Below, in pieces: positions 36,329 through 37,934 of a DNA stretch of 37,934 nt. Positions within the stretch are counted from its first letter, which is position 1. Each line of letters begins with the position of its first letter. The stretch comes from Priapulus caudatus. Its lineage: Eukaryota. Position numbers and translations under genes: made by a program. The notes beneath the pieces were generated by a model that had not been told where the DNA came from, made no database searches, and was given only the letters and a program-made list of their open reading frames with translations. The stretch covers positions 179,049 to 216,982 of the forward strand of contig NW_014577088.1 of NCBI RefSeq assembly GCF_000485595.1, given 5' to 3'.

Positions 36329-36511
36329 GGAGGTTCCCAACTTTAATGTCATTAATGGTCATAATAACACATATATATATATATATATTTATATATATAT
36401 GGTCATGGTCATATATTAGTTTGTGGTTTAATGTCATTTAGGTTAGGGTTAGGGTTAGGGTTAGGATTATCAATCATTAATCATTAATAATATCAAAGTT
36501 GGGAACACTCC
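36329..36511. mobile_element. TA-flanked MITE carrying telomere-like (TTAGGG)n
   Basis: TA|ggaggttcccaacttt ... aaagttgggaacactcc|TA, with internal TTAGG(TTAGGG)3TTAGG at 36438-36465. Confidence 0.65.
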
Positions 36512-37496
36512 TAATGAAGCGTTAGTCTGCATTTTAGCATCGGCTAATCCAATATAGTGTCGTAGGGTGGCGGTCTTACCAATGCAGACGTAGAGAGGTA
36601 GGCATGTACAGAACTGATGATTGAACACTGCAATATATTCTTATCTCTTATATGTACGACCCTCACGAGTATATATCCAGGCCGCTAAGGGCGTGAAAAT
36701 ACACGAGCCACGTCCGACGAATAATTGCACTGCAAGTAAAAAGCTGCAAATTAGCTGGCGCGCAGTGCATCGGGGCCGTTTGAATTTATAGTGCCGGCGA
36801 GAAATCCATGATTACAATTTAGCGGGCTGGATAACCGATGCGATGGCCTAATTATGTCATGAGGGATAGCCATCTCGATGAATCATAAATTCTGTGCGCA
36901 TGGCTTCCCTAACTCGTTTTCGGGGCGGTGTGTGTACAGTATCTCCCTGCTATTTCTAAGTTGACTCGAATTCGGTATCATTTCCTTTCGATTTACCCTA
37001 TAGAAATCATTCGGTACCATACGGTATCTGTTGTACCTGTCTGCAGCGGAGTTGCTATCGAGTCAATTTTTTATATATTAAGATTCATTCAAATCTTTGT
37101 ACGGTAAAGAGTAAATACACAAATAGATATTTCTGTGATATCTTCTGTGCACGCGCGCTGCGTGTCGACTGCACGTATATATGCATTAGTCATGAGTCGC
37201 TTGTAATTCACACCCGCTGACGTTCACCGCTGTCGGCGTGCGACACACATATATAGATACCCTGCCGTAAGTGCAGCTCTAGCTGACGACGTTTCCCGGC
37301 CGTAATGCGTTTAGAGACGGCAGCGCGGCGGCGATGGTCGCTGATGAGCGGTGTATATAGCAGACGTGCGCGACCGACCGACGCTCCACCAGTCTGTGGC
37401 TTCGATCCGGTTATCCGGCGATGATGCAGCATCAGCATCAACGCCGTCGCGCGACCGATGGAGCGTTGTCGTCCGAGCGGCCGACTGCTGGTCACA

Positions 37497-37872
37497 TGCG
37501 CGCGCGCACGCACAGATATGTACGCATACACGCACGCACGCACGCACACACACGCATACACACACGAATGCACACGCACACACACGCACATACACACACG
37601 CATGCACACGCACACAGTTGCACGCACGCACGCGCACACGTATACACTCGCATGCACACGCACACGCTCGCGCGCGCGCGGTGAGCCCTGTGAGGATATA
37701 ACCATGCATTAATGCTCGCGGGTGGCTGTATTGACGCGGCCGCAACAGACGGACAGGCAGGCAGCGTACTGTTCGTGCCTCGCCACGTGAGTGCGTGCGC
37801 ATGTGCGCGCACGCGTGTGTGTGTGCGCGCGCGTGTGTGTGTGTTTGTGTGTGTGCGGGCATGCGCACGTGT

Positions 37873-37914
<42 letters not shown>

Positions 37915-37934
37915 CTGTGCGCGCACGCGTGTGT
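37497..37934. repeat. (CA/CG)n followed by (GT/GC)n low-complexity tracts
   Basis: Direct reading. Confidence 0.9.

Noticed and set aside
36438..36465. True telomere or chromosome fusion site
   Set aside because: Only about 4 units, in a single orientation, inside a MITE.
37361..37680. Next exon ([15 protein letters not shown]...) after 34805
   Set aside because: The phase fits, but the acceptor lacks a polypyrimidine tract and the frame runs into a microsatellite; not supportable without RNA data.
5609..37926. Many HT/CV/RE/SL/GMGWD-repeat ORFs
   Set aside because: They are microsatellite translations.

Overview
This is eukaryotic, repeat-rich metazoan-type genomic DNA with spliceosomal introns, microsatellites and a short TTAGGG tract; nothing in it looks prokaryotic. 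Most ORFs in the track are translations of simple repeats. One + strand protein-coding gene is supported by phase-compatible GT-AG exons: 19588-19693, 29307-30377, 34224-34290 and 34687-34805, continuing beyond what I can call. Its VQQWV...DDELYLGAE motif resembles the N-terminal motifs of the ITPRID2/SSFA2(KRAP)/TESPA1 family. The rest is non-autonomous DNA transposons: a 3.4-kb modular foldback palindrome (1615-4995), a deleted PIF/Harbinger element with a transposase remnant and a nested MITE, a Kolobok-like MITE, Helentron-associated (HINE) elements, and a tandem unit with a tRNA-like head. A ~3.4-kb block is present twice, part inverted and part direct. It abuts an N gap and may be an allelic or long-read assembly duplicate. 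The most unusual signal is nine 28-68 bp palindromes with CA...TG ends and arms mostly 16-21 nt, most flanked by 7-8 bp target duplications. Their geometry matches P-element excision footprints, and one has its empty site in the neighbouring tandem copy. Several regions look like noisy long-read sequence, so exact bases there are uncertain.
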